Shown: positions 44,623-53,903 of the stretch, in pieces | Layout: every line of letters starts with the position of its first letter | Position numbering within the stretch: position 1 is the stretch's first letter | Assembly (NCBI GenBank): GCA_045631165.1 | Contig: JAZQUF010000182.1 | Span: 1 to 62,405 of the forward strand | DNA from: Acutalibacteraceae bacterium | Lineage (GTDB): Bacteria > Bacillota > Clostridia > Oscillospirales > Acutalibacteraceae | Length of the DNA: 62,405 nucleotides | Direction: 5' to 3' | Made by a program: the position numbers and the translations under genes | The notes under the pieces: model-generated | Told to the model about the DNA's origin: nothing | The model's database searches: none | The model's input: the letters and a program-made list of their open reading frames with translations, nothing else

Positions 44623-47600
44623 TTATTCAGCGTCCGGAGCGTAGAGATCCTTGAGCTTGAGAAGGTGAGCGTATCTGTCCTTAGCAACCTGCTCACTCTT
44701 AGCGAAGAGTGCTTCAGCTCTTTCGGGGAACTCACGCATAAGTCTTGTGTAACGAGCTTCATTCTTGATGAATGCCTGATACTCTGCGTTGGGCTCCTTG
44801 CAGTCAAGTGTGAAGGGATTCTTACCTTCGTTCTTGAGAGCGGGGTTGTAACGGAAGATATTCCAGTAACCGCATTCTACAGCCTTCTTCATTTCAGCCT
44901 GACAGTTAATCATACCGCCCTTGATTGAGTGCATTTCGCAGGGTGAGTAGCCGATGATGAGTGAGGGACCGGGATATGCTACAGCTTCCTGGATAGCCTT
45001 AAGAGTCTGAGCCATATTAGCGCCCATAGCGATCTGTGCAACGTATACATAGCCATAGCTCATAGCAATTTCAGCAAGGCTCTTCTTGTTGATTTCCTTA
45101 CCTGCAGCTGCGAACTGTGCAACCTGTCCGATGTTTGAAGCCTTTGAAGCCTGACCGCCTGTGTTTGAGTAAACCTCAGTATCAAATACGAATACGTTTA
45201 CATCCTGGCCTGATGCGAGTACGTGGTCGAGACCGCCGTAACCGATATCGTATGCCCAACCGTCACCACCGAAGATCCATACTGATTTCTTTGAAAGGTA
45301 TTCGCTGTTATCAAGTACGTCTTTGATGAGAGGACAGTCATATTCTACTGTCTTGAGAGCTGCAACGAGAGCTTCTGCTGCTGCAGTGTTCTTAGCGCCG
45401 TCGTTTGCTGTTGCAAGGTACTCAGCAGCTGCTGCCTTAACTTCAGCAGGAGCCTTTTCATAATCACCGATTGCCTTAACGTTATCGATAAGTCTGTCTC
45501 TGATAGCCTTCTGGCCGTAGAACATACCAAGACCGTGCTCAGCGTTATCTTCGAAGAGTGAGTTAGCCCAAGCGGGACCGTGGCCGTTCTTATCAACGGT
45601 GTAGGGTGATGTTGCTGCGGGGCCGCCCCAAATTGATGAACAGCCTGTAGCATTTGAGATATACATTCTGTCACCGAAGAGCTGGGTAACGAGACGAGCA
45701 TAAGCTGTTTCAGCACAACCTGCACATGAGCCTGAGAACTCGAGGAGAGGTTTCTTGTACTGGCTTGAAACAACGTTCATAACTGCAGTTGTTTCGTTCT
45801 TTTCTGTTACGTTTGCTACGCAGTAATCGAATACCTTCTGTTCTTCAAGCTGTGATTCCTTGGAAACCATCTTGAGTGACTTAGTGGGACATACGCCTAC
45901 GCATACGCCACAACCCATACAGTCCATAGGTGAAACTGCAAGAGTATATGTGTAATTTGTCTTAACAACAGGCTTTGGAGCCTTCTTCATGTTTGCGGGA
46001 GCTGCTGCAACTTCTTCATCACTCATAGCGAAGGGACGGATTGTAGCGTGAGGACAAACATATGAACACTGGTTACATTTAGCACAGGTTGTTGCATCCC
46101 ATTCGGGAACGAGAACTGCAACGCCTCTCTTTTCGTAAGCTGATGCACCGTGTTCGAAAGTACCGTCACCGTGATCATAGAATGCTGAAACGGGAAGTGA
46201 GTAACCGTCCATAAGACCAACGGGCTTGAGGATAGTGTCAACCATCTTGACGAGTTTTTCTGCACCTTCTGATTTAGCTGCTGCTGCATCATCTGTTGCA
46301 TCTGCCCAAGCTGCAGGAACATCTACCTTATGGTAAGCTGATGCACCGGCATCAATAGCGTTGTGGTTAGCATCAACAATATCCTGACCCTTCTTTGAGT
46401 AGGATTTTGTAGCAGCGTCCTTCATATACTGGATAGCTTCTGCTGAGGGCATTACGTTAGCAAGTGCGAAGAATGCTGACTGAAGAACTGTGTTTGTTCT
46501 CTTACCCATACCAACCTTTTCAGCAAGGTCAATAGCGTTAACTGTATAGAGCTGGATGTTGTTGTTTGCAATATATCTCTTAGCTTCTGCATTCAGATGC
46601 TTGTCGAGCACTTCGTCATTCCACTGGCAGTTGATAAGGAATACACCACCGGGTTTAACGTCATTAACCATCTTGAAGCCTTTGTCAACATATGATGGGT
46701 TATGACAAGCTACGAAGTCAGCCTTGTTGATATAGTAGGGGCTCTTGATGGGCTTATCACCGAAACGAAGATGGGAGATTGTGATACCACCGGTCTTCTT
46801 TGAGTCGTACTGGAAGTAAGCCTGAACATATTTGTCGGTATGGTCACCGATGATCTTGATGGAGTTCTTGTTAGCACCAACAGTACCGTCACCGCCGAGA
46901 CCCCAGAACTTACATTCGATAGTGCCTTCAGCTGCTGTGTTGGGAGCGGGCTTTTCTTCAAGTGAAAGACCTGTAACGTCGTCAACGATACCGATTGTGA
47001 ACTGCTTCTTGGGAGCAGCCTTAGCAAGCTCGTCATATACTGCGAAAATGCTTGCGGGTGCTGTATCCTTTGAACCGAGACCGTAGCGGCCACCGATTAC
47101 TTCAATGTCGCCTCTGCCGTTTGTAGCAAGAGCTGTAACAACGTCAAGGTAAAGAGGTTCGCCAAGTGAACCGGGTTCCTTTGTTCTGTCGAGAACTGCG
47201 ATTTTCTTAACAGTTTCGGGGATAGCTGCAAGAAGGTGCTTAGCTGAGAAGGGTCTGTAAAGACGAACCTTAACAAGACCAACCTTTTCGCCCTTAGCTG
47301 TAAGATAATCAATAACTTCTTCAGCTACGTCATTTACTGAGCCCATAGCGATGATGATCTTTTCAGCATCGGGAGCACCGTAGTAGTTGAAAAGCTGATA
47401 GTTTGTGCCGAGCTTAGCGTTAACCTTACCCATATATTCTTCAACGATTTCGGGAACTGCATCGTAGTACTTGTTACAAGCTTCTCTGTTCTGGAAGAAA
47501 ATGTCGTCGTTTTCGTGTGAACCGCGCATTACGGGACGTTCGGGGTTAAGAGCTCTCTTACGGAATGCTTCAACAGCATCCATATCTGTCATTTCCTTGA

Positions 47601-48171
47601 GGTCGTCGAAATCCCAGACTTCAATTTTCTGAAGCTCGTGTGATGTACGGAAACCGTCAAAGAAGTTAAGGAAGGGTACACGGCTCTTGATTGTTGCAAG
47701 GTGAGCAACGGCACCAAGGTCCATAACTTCCTGTGTATTTGTTTCAGCGAGCATTGCAAAACCTGTCTGACGGCAAGCGTAAACGTCTGAATGGTCGCCG
47801 AAGATGTTAAGTGCGTGTGATGCTACACAACGTGCTGATACGTGGAAAACGCTGGGGAGAAGCTCACCTGCGATTTTGTACATATTGGGGATCATAAGAA
47901 GAAGACCCTGTGATGCTGTGTAGGTTGTGGTGAGAGCACCTGCTGCGAGTGAGCCGTGAACAGTACCTGCGGCACCTGCTTCAGACTGCATTTCAACAAC
48001 GTTTACTCTTGTACCAAAAATATTTTTTAATCCCTGAGCTGACCACTGATCAACATAGTCTGCCATAGGGCTTGACGGTGTAATAGGATAAATACCTGCA
48101 ACTTCTGTGAAAGCATATGACACGTGAGCAGCGGCATTGTTACCGTCCATGGTTTTCTTTTTTCTAGCCAT
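44623..48171 (-). CDS. nifJ: Pyruvate:ferredoxin (flavodoxin) oxidoreductase
   Basis: 1182 aa single-chain PFOR. Two ferredoxin CxxCxxCxxxCP motifs and a TPP region (GGDGWAYDIGYGGLDHV). Start at MARKKK (48171) with RBS AGGAGG. Confidence 0.95.
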   Translation of the reverse strand: MARKKKTMDGNNAAAHVSYAFTEVAGIYPITPSSPMADYVDQWSAQGLKNIFGTRVNVVEMQSEAGAAGTVHGSLAAGALTTTYTASQGLLLMIPNMYKIAGELLPSVFHVSARCVASHALNIFGDHSDVYACRQTGFAMLAETNTQEVMDLGAVAHLATIKSRVPFLNFFDGFRTSHELQKIEVWDFDDLKEMTDMDAVEAFRKRALNPERPVMRGSHENDDIFFQNREACNKYYDAVPEIVEEYMGKVNAKLGTNYQLFNYYGAPDAEKIIIAMGSVNDVAEEVIDYLTAKGEKVGLVKVRLYRPFSAKHLLAAIPETVKKIAVLDRTKEPGSLGEPLYLDVVTALATNGRGDIEVIGGRYGLGSKDTAPASIFAVYDELAKAAPKKQFTIGIVDDVTGLSLEEKPAPNTAAEGTIECKFWGLGGDGTVGANKNSIKIIGDHTDKYVQAYFQYDSKKTGGITISHLRFGDKPIKSPYYINKADFVACHNPSYVDKGFKMVNDVKPGGVFLINCQWNDEVLDKHLNAEAKRYIANNNIQLYTVNAIDLAEKVGMGKRTNTVLQSAFFALANVMPSAEAIQYMKDAATKSYSKKGQDIVDANHNAIDAGASAYHKVDVPAAWADATDDAAAAKSEGAEKLVKMVDTILKPVGLMDGYSLPVSAFYDHGDGTFEHGASAYEKRGVAVLVPEWDATTCAKCNQCSYVCPHATIRPFAMSDEEVAAAPANMKKAPKPVVKTNYTYTLAVSPMDCMGCGVCVGVCPTKSLKMVSKESQLEEQKVFDYCVANVTEKNETTAVMNVVSSQYKKPLLEFSGSCAGCAETAYARLVTQLFGDRMYISNATGCSSIWGGPAATSPYTVDKNGHGPAWANSLFEDNAEHGLGMFYGQKAIRDRLIDNVKAIGDYEKAPAEVKAAAAEYLATANDGAKNTAAAEALVAALKTVEYDCPLIKDVLDNSEYLSKKSVWIFGGDGWAYDIGYGGLDHVLASGQDVNVFVFDTEVYSNTGGQASKASNIGQVAQFAAAGKEINKKSLAEIAMSYGYVYVAQIAMGANMAQTLKAIQEAVAYPGPSLIIGYSPCEMHSIKGGMINCQAEMKKAVECGYWNIFRYNPALKNEGKNPFTLDCKEPNAEYQAFIKNEARYTRLMREFPERAEALFAKSEQVAKDRYAHLLKLKDLYAPDAE

Positions 48172-48494
48172 ATTTATTCCTCCTAATCTCTGTTCTAGCA
48201 ATAAATAAGATTACCATTTGCTATTTTATCACTTTAACCTGTAAATGTAAATACGATTTGCGTAATTTTTTTACTCATATAATGTAAAAGATAGGATGTT
48301 TTGGCAGATTGCTGAAAACAGAACGATTTTTATGTGCATATGTGTTAATTTATAAAAAAGAAGCCGTCTGTCAGCTGCTTTGCGTGATGAAAACATTTTC
48401 AACGGAGGTTGATTTTTTGTTGTTATATATTGATTTTATTTGTTTTATGTGTTAAAGTATTATTAAGAAAATGTTTTTTGAAAGGAAAGAAAAT

Positions 48495-49718
48495 ATGGAT
48501 CTCAAAAAAATCATTGACAAAAAAGACTCTATGGCGCAGTATATGGTTGACGAAATCACATATATCTGCAACAAATTTGAAAAGAGAGCTCCCGGCTCTT
48601 ACGGCGAAAAGCAGGCTTGCAAATACGCTGCAGAACAGATGAAGGAATACGGCTGTGACCGTGTTTATGTTGAAGGCTTCAAGGAAAATCCCGGATCATT
48701 CTATGGCTGGATTTACTTCACCATTACCTGCTGCTTCTTAGCTCTTGCATCATACTTCTTTGTGCCTGCGCTTTCAATCGTATTCATCGCAGTGGGACTT
48801 GTTCTCTGTGTGTTACAGTTTGGCCTTTATAAGAAAACCGTTGACAAGTTCTTCAAGGAAGAAACAGGTCATAACGTTGCAGGCTTCAAAAAGCCTACAG
48901 GTGAAGTAAAACGCAGAATTATATTCAACGGACATCCCGACGCTGCTTGGGAGTGGCCCTTCAAGTATAAGTTTACATACCTCGGCTTTGATATTCACAT
49001 GATGGTCTGCTTTGTAGGTGCTTTCTATACACTTGGTCTTGCTATTGCAAAGCTTGCAGGTGCATTTGATGCAAATCCCGACCTTGCTCTTAAGCTTGGT
49101 CTTATCGGTCTTGTATTTGTACCCTTCTGGTTTGGCCTTTACTTTATGTGGAACAGCAAGAGAGTAGTTGACGGTGCAAACGATAACCTTTCAGGCTGCT
49201 ATATCGGTATGGCAATTCTCAAGGCTCTCAAGGATGAAGGCATTGAGCTTGAAAATACAGAAATCGGTGTTGTTCTCACAGGTTCAGAAGAAGCAGGTCT
49301 TCGCGGTGCAAAGGCTTGGGGTGCGGCTCACGCTAAGGAATTCGAGGATGTTCCTACATTCGTTTATTCTTATGACACAATTGCACAGTCGGAACAGCTT
49401 ATGGTTAACTACCGTGACCTTAACAGCACAGTAAAGGTTGACAAGGACGTTTCTGATCTGTTTATGGAAGCTTGCCAGGAGCTTGGTATTCCCTGTAAGA
49501 AGGGCTTTGTACCTCCTCTCGGTGGTGCAACAGACTCAGCAGGCTTTGCTCAGGCCGGTATGCGTGCAACAGGTATCACTGCACTTAACCATGCACTTCC
49601 TGATTTCTATCATACAAGACTCGATACACCTGATGCACTTAACAAGGATTGTCTTGCAAAGTGCTATGCAGCAAGCGTAAAGGTGCTTGAGATGTTTGAT
49701 AACGGTGCTAAGCAGTAA
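48495..49718 (+). CDS. M28-family membrane-associated metallopeptidase
   Basis: Motifs GANDNLSG and TGSEEAGLRGA with internal TM segments. Start at MDLKKII (48495) after RBS AAAGGAAAG. Confidence 0.7.
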   Translation: MDLKKIIDKKDSMAQYMVDEITYICNKFEKRAPGSYGEKQACKYAAEQMKEYGCDRVYVEGFKENPGSFYGWIYFTITCCFLALASYFFVPALSIVFIAVGLVLCVLQFGLYKKTVDKFFKEETGHNVAGFKKPTGEVKRRIIFNGHPDAAWEWPFKYKFTYLGFDIHMMVCFVGAFYTLGLAIAKLAGAFDANPDLALKLGLIGLVFVPFWFGLYFMWNSKRVVDGANDNLSGCYIGMAILKALKDEGIELENTEIGVVLTGSEEAGLRGAKAWGAAHAKEFEDVPTFVYSYDTIAQSEQLMVNYRDLNSTVKVDKDVSDLFMEACQELGIPCKKGFVPPLGGATDSAGFAQAGMRATGITALNHALPDFYHTRLDTPDALNKDCLAKCYAASVKVLEMFDNGAKQ

Positions 49719-49734
49719 GTAAAAGAATATAATA

Positions 49735-49790
49735 GCGTGTTTTTGATTCTTTTTTCACGCGAGAAAAAAAGAATGCCTGTCCGGCGAGGA
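49735..49790 (+). repeat. Family-A post-stop element, copy A5
   Basis: GCGTGTTTTTGATTC..: ATTCTTTTTT/AAAAAAGAAT stem (loop CACGCGAGA) + GCCTGTCCGGCGAGG. Lies 17 nt after the stop. Confidence 0.8.
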
Positions 49791-49809
49791 CACTGAACAA
49801 AATAAACTA

Positions 49810-49848
49810 AAAGTAGCAGATACTGTATCTGCTACTTTGTTTTTTTCT
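49810..49848. terminator. Bidirectional terminator
   Basis: AGTAGCAGATA / TATCTGCTACT stem followed by a T-run. A-run upstream. Confidence 0.85.
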
Positions 49849-49850
49849 TT

Positions 49851-49892
49851 TTGCAAGGCTTCGCCCTGCACCTGCAACCTTTTGAAAAAGTT
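49851..49892 (-). repeat. Partial family-A (variant B) element, copy A6
   Basis: Minus strand: TTTTTCAAAAGGTTGCAGGTGCAGGGCGAAGCCTTGC resembles AAAAGCTTGCGGGGTGCGGGGCGGAGCCCTGC. Lies just after the MocR-like gene stop. Confidence 0.55.
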
Positions 49893-49911
49893 ATATGAAA
49901 CTTTACTTGTT

Positions 49912-51333
49912 TTATATACACTCAAACAATAGCTCGATATCTTCGTTAATTTTGTCTTTTGGGAGACCTGAATAGTTGATAATCAGAGTGTGCTGTGGAG
50001 CGACGGTTTTTTCTTTATAATAATGGCTAAGACAAGAAATGTTTATTCCTTTATCTTTTGCCTTAAGCACCAATTCCTCATCCGTAAGATTTGTGTCAAC
50101 ACTCATAAGGAAGTGAAGTCCTGAGTTTTCCTCCTTTATCTGTACCTTATAATAAAGGGGATGACTTTTAATTGCGGACATAACAGCATCACGCTGAGTG
50201 CGGTAATAGTTTCTCATGCGGTTAATGTGCTTCTCAAAAAATCCCTGCTCAATAAAAGAAGCAAGGGTGTATTGCTCGAAGGTTGAAACTGTGCATGAGT
50301 AGAAGCTCAGCTCTTTTCTGTAAAGCTCCATCAGAGATTTCGGCAATACCATATAGCTTATTCTGATGGTGGAGGTCAGAGATTTGGAAAAGGTATTGAT
50401 ATAAATAACCTTGTCGAGCTTGTCGATGCTCTGAAGTGACGGAATCGGCTTGCCTGAAAAACGGAACTCACTGTCATAGTCGTCCTCTATTATGTATCTG
50501 TTGTCGGATTGGTTTACCCAAGCAAGAAGCTCATATCTTCTGCTGACAGGTGTAATAATTCCTGTTGGAAAATGGTGTGACGGTGAAATGTGAAGCACGT
50601 CCGCTTCGGAATTTTCCAGTGCAGATGTGTTTATGCCGTTTTCATCTAAAGGAATATAGTCGAAGGTTACATTGTTTGCCTTATAAATCTGCGAGATTTT
50701 ACGGTAACCCGGGTCTTCGAGGGCGTATTTTTTGTTTCTGCCCAGAAGCTGAATGATAAGGGAGTAAAGATATTCTGTACCTGCGCCTATGACAATGCAG
50801 TCCGGGTCGGCACTCATGCCGCGGAACTGAAAAAGATAGTCTGATATGGCGCAGCGTAGCTCTCTGATGCCGACGGATGGTGAACTCATTGTAAGCTGCT
50901 CTCTTCTGTCTGTCATAGTCTGCCTCATCAGCTTGCTCCAGGTGGCAAAGGGAAAGCTTTCCTGAGAGGAAGAGTTGCCTGCAAAATCAGCATGGTATGT
51001 AATCAGCTCATCAGGCTCTTTCACGTCAGGGTACATATTTTTCTGAGGAGGATTCTGAAGCTTAAGAGAGGCAATGGATGAAACATAATAACCACTTTTA
51101 GGCTTTGAATATATGTAGCCCTCTGCCATAAGCTGATTGTAGGAGTTTTCAACAGTAATAGTGCTTATGTTGAGGTGCTCTGCCAATGCTCGCTTTGACG
51201 GGAGCTTTTCTTCGGGGGAAAGCTTGCTACAGAGAATGTCGTCTCTGATGCTTTTATAAAGAAACTCATAAAGGCTGTCTTTGCCTTTGCTTTCGAAGGA
51301 ATAGGTCAGCATATCAATTCTCTTTCTGACCAT
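49912..51333 (-). CDS. MocR/PdxR-type regulator (GntR HTH fused to aminotransferase-like domain)
   Basis: GntR-type HTH (LPSKRALAEHLNISTITVENSY) plus fold-type-I domain (..NTFSKSL..). Divergent from the pyridoxal kinase gene. Start may be Met at 51312. Confidence 0.8.
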   Translation of the reverse strand: MVRKRIDMLTYSFESKGKDSLYEFLYKSIRDDILCSKLSPEEKLPSKRALAEHLNISTITVENSYNQLMAEGYIYSKPKSGYYVSSIASLKLQNPPQKNMYPDVKEPDELITYHADFAGNSSSQESFPFATWSKLMRQTMTDRREQLTMSSPSVGIRELRCAISDYLFQFRGMSADPDCIVIGAGTEYLYSLIIQLLGRNKKYALEDPGYRKISQIYKANNVTFDYIPLDENGINTSALENSEADVLHISPSHHFPTGIITPVSRRYELLAWVNQSDNRYIIEDDYDSEFRFSGKPIPSLQSIDKLDKVIYINTFSKSLTSTIRISYMVLPKSLMELYRKELSFYSCTVSTFEQYTLASFIEQGFFEKHINRMRNYYRTQRDAVMSAIKSHPLYYKVQIKEENSGLHFLMSVDTNLTDEELVLKAKDKGINISCLSHYYKEKTVAPQHTLIINYSGLPKDKINEDIELLFECI

Positions 51334-51423
51334 ATAAAATATTGTGATTTTGGCTCTTTCAATATGGTCAAATATAAGTATAATACTAAATATAAAATTT
51401 GTAAATATATCAGGTGACGAATT

Positions 51424-52257
51424 ATGAAAAGAATAGTAACAATCCAGGATATTTCATGTGTCGGTAAGTGCTCACTTACAGTTGCGCTTCCTATTATTTC
51501 GGCTATGGGTGTTGAAACAGCTATAATTCCTACAGCTGTGCTTTCAACTCATACTATGTTCAAGAATTTCACTGTCAAGGATCTCACCGATCAGATTGAG
51601 CCTATAACAAAGCACTGGCTTGATGAAAAAATAGACTTTGACGCTCTTTACACAGGCTATCTTGGTTCTTTTGAGCAGATCGACCTTATGAAAAAAATGT
51701 TCAAGGAGTTCAAAACTGATAGCAATATCACTTTCGTTGATCCTGCTATGGGTGACCATGGTAAGCTTTATCCTGCATTTGACGAAGCTTTCGCTAAGCA
51801 TATGGCTACACTTTGTGCTGTTGCTGATATTGTGATGCCAAACGTAACAGAGGCTTGTTTTATGACTGGCACAGAGTATAAAGAAGTATATGACGAGGCG
51901 TATGCAAAAGACCTTCTTAAGAAGCTCAGCGACCTTGGCGCTAAAATTGCTATTCTCACAGGTGCATCCTTTGAAGAGGGCAAGACAGGTGTTATGGGTT
52001 ATGACAAGGAGAAGGATGAATTTTATTATTTCAGCCACGATAAGCTTGCGTCAAGCTATCATGGTACAGGCGATATTTTCTCCAGTACTTTTGTCGGTGC
52101 TATGATGAATGGTTTTGATTGGAAAGAGGCTGCAGGAATTGCTGCAAAGTACACTGCTGAGTGCATCAGACTTACAATGGAAGACGGCAAGCTTCAGTGG
52201 TATGGTGTTCATTTTGAGCAGGCAATGCCTTATCTTATGAAGCTCTTAGGAAAATAA
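51424..52257 (+). CDS. pdxK: Pyridoxal/pyridoxamine kinase (ribokinase superfamily)
   Basis: Motifs DISCVGKCSL, YTGYLGS, HGTGDIFSS. 277 aa. Confidence 0.8.
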   Translation: MKRIVTIQDISCVGKCSLTVALPIISAMGVETAIIPTAVLSTHTMFKNFTVKDLTDQIEPITKHWLDEKIDFDALYTGYLGSFEQIDLMKKMFKEFKTDSNITFVDPAMGDHGKLYPAFDEAFAKHMATLCAVADIVMPNVTEACFMTGTEYKEVYDEAYAKDLLKKLSDLGAKIAILTGASFEEGKTGVMGYDKEKDEFYYFSHDKLASSYHGTGDIFSSTFVGAMMNGFDWKEAAGIAAKYTAECIRLTMEDGKLQWYGVHFEQAMPYLMKLLGK

Positions 52258-52262
52258 TTAAA

Positions 52263-52317
52263 GCGCATTTTGGTCACTTTTGTGCGCCAGCAAAAGTGAC
52301 GCCTGCCCGGCGAGGGC
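52263..52317 (+). repeat. Family-A post-stop element, copy A7
   Basis: GCGCATTTTG + GTCACTTTTG/CAAAAGTGAC stem (loop TGCGCCAG) + GCCTGCCCGGCGAGG. Lies 6 nt after the stop. Confidence 0.8.
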
Positions 52318-52338
52318 GATAATAAAGCAAATATCATT

Positions 52339-52368
52339 GGTACGCGGGTAAAATTCGCGTACCTTTTA
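52339..52368 (+). terminator. Rho-independent terminator
   Basis: GGTACGCG / CGCGTACC stem followed by TTTT. Confidence 0.75.
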
Positions 52369-52395
52369 CTTTTATTCCGCCGATAAAGCACACTC

Positions 52396-52427
52396 AAAAA
52401 GGACACCCCGAAAGGAGTGCCCTTTTC
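52396..52427 (-). terminator. Imperfect hairpin terminator for the metallophosphoesterase gene
   Basis: GGACACCCC GAAA GGAGTGCCC (7 of 9 pairs) with a T5 run on the minus strand. Confidence 0.5.
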
Positions 52428-52436
52428 TGGTATTAT

Positions 52437-53456
52437 TCAGCAATAAATCGGCTTGAAGTCATACATATCCTTTATGTTGTCTTCTTCGGTATGAATAGTT
52501 ATCATCGAACTTGCAACCACCATCTGAGGTGCCACATGATAATATGTGTTATTATAAAAACTGCACTGATCATATAAAGGGTGATTGTGACCCATAGAAA
52601 GAAGCCCCACACAACCGCTTGCATTAAAGACATCGTCAAGAGGCTGATTTTTAGGTATATTGTATTTTTCCATTCTCAATCCTAATGTAGGATAACCGAA
52701 CTTATAAGCCTTGCCCTCTCTTGCCGCACGGAAAAAGTCAGGTGTGTTTTCGTGTAGAAAAACACTGATTGTTACATCACTGTTTTTATTGAGTTTTTCT
52801 TTTATTTCTTCTTCGCACCACTTAACCTGATCTTCCTGCACATAACCGTAAATATGATCAGGGTCATCATTATCGTAATCCATAGTATCAATAAACAGCA
52901 TTGAATGAGTCATTTTATTGCCACTTATAATATCAATACTATACTGGCAACCACCTGAAATATCAGGTTTATCCGCTACAAGACAATGTTCATATTGCGA
53001 CAAATAAGCTACCACGTCTTCAGAAGTACCATAATTTATACCATCATTATTGCCAGGAACATACGCCCAATACTGGTCTGCATTTTCAAAGATTTCTGCT
53101 ACAGTGCGCAGAATGTAGGCTTTATTGAAATCTCCATCATTGCCATCATCAATCATGTCTCCCGATACAACCACAAGATCAGGCTCATATTTTTCTGTAA
53201 GGTTTTTCATTTTGCTCAGAAGCTGCATATCAGAAAAAGTTACACCTGTAGTAAAGTGAGTGTCACTGAACTGAAGCACCGTAAAATCTCCGTTTTCATC
53301 CGCATAAAGCTCAGGAAGCTCTTTCTGTACATTTACCGTTTGAGCAAAACCTGAGATATCACCTTTGTTTTTCATTTCATCTGCAAGCTCACCACCCGAA
53401 GCAAGAGACACGAAAACAGTAATAAACGCCATAAGTGTTGCTAAAAAATTGGTCAT
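52437..53456 (-). CDS. Secreted calcineurin-like metallophosphoesterase
   Basis: Motifs FSDTHF, VSGDMIDDG, GNNDG, FLHE, GHNH. N-terminal signal/TM. RBS AGGAGG. Confidence 0.8.
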   Translation of the reverse strand: MTNFLATLMAFITVFVSLASGGELADEMKNKGDISGFAQTVNVQKELPELYADENGDFTVLQFSDTHFTTGVTFSDMQLLSKMKNLTEKYEPDLVVVSGDMIDDGNDGDFNKAYILRTVAEIFENADQYWAYVPGNNDGINYGTSEDVVAYLSQYEHCLVADKPDISGGCQYSIDIISGNKMTHSMLFIDTMDYDNDDPDHIYGYVQEDQVKWCEEEIKEKLNKNSDVTISVFLHENTPDFFRAAREGKAYKFGYPTLGLRMEKYNIPKNQPLDDVFNASGCVGLLSMGHNHPLYDQCSFYNNTYYHVAPQMVVASSMITIHTEEDNIKDMYDFKPIYC

Positions 53457-53505
53457 TGATTTTTCCTCCTGTAATTTAATATTAGGGTCGCCTTTTCAGC
53501 TGAGG

Positions 53506-53536
53506 CAAAATAAAAAGTGCGTCCCAAAGAGACGCA
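53506..53536 (-). terminator. Intrinsic terminator inside the intergenic region, about 50 nt upstream of the metallophosphoesterase start
   Basis: GTGCGTC TCTTTGG GACGCAC followed by TTTTTATTTT on the minus strand. Confidence 0.7.
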
Positions 53537-53774
53537 CAAAAAATGCATCTCATTTGTTGTCACACAAATTTCACTCTTACTCCGCTTGGGATATAGGCAA
53601 ACAGAGACACATTTTTACCGATAGTGTCCCCAAACGAAAAGAGTTTAATATGAAATTTATGTGACAAGGATAGTTTACCACTATTTGCAATAAAAATCAA
53701 TACTACAAATAAAATACCGCGACTATAAAGGCGGGATAAAACCTATCCGCAACTCTCAAGTATGATGCGTACCA

Positions 53775-53815
53775 ATAAAAAAGACAGCCTGATTTTCAGA
53801 CTGTCTTATCTTTTT
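53775..53815 (-). terminator. Terminator of the flavodoxin-like gene transcript
   Basis: AAGACAG / CTGTCTT plus CTG/CAG, with a T6 run on the minus strand. Confidence 0.65.
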
Positions 53816-53817
53816 AT

Positions 53818-53898
53818 GTGGCAGGGCTTTGCCCTTGCAACCCACCGCTCGCCGCGGGGCATACTTTTTGCTGTCGCGCAAAAAGTATCAAAAACGCG
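53818..53898 (-). repeat. Family-A post-stop element, copy A8 (long tail form)
   Basis: Minus strand: GCGTTTTTG + ATACTTTTTG/CAAAAAGTAT stem (loop CGCGACAG) + GCCCCGCGGCGAGCGG + TGGGTTGCAAGGGCAAAGCCCTGCCAC. Lies 6 nt after the stop. Confidence 0.8.
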
Positions 53899-53903
53899 AT
53901 TTG

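Noticed and set aside
44665-47312. Several 70-140-aa ORFs on both strands inside the PFOR gene (e.g. 45345..45773, 46710..47093, 46832..47086)
   Set aside because: They are alternative-frame or antisense shadows of a long, strongly codon-biased gene. Their translations are Ser/Leu/Gln/Thr-rich with no motifs, starts or RBSs.
21182-53898. Family-A repeats as a CRISPR array, or as conserved stop-codon readthrough peptides
   Set aside because: The copies are kilobases apart in separate intergenic regions, in both orientations, with no regular spacers and no cas genes. The distance and frame relative to the upstream stop differ between copies, and in-frame stops occur within the element.
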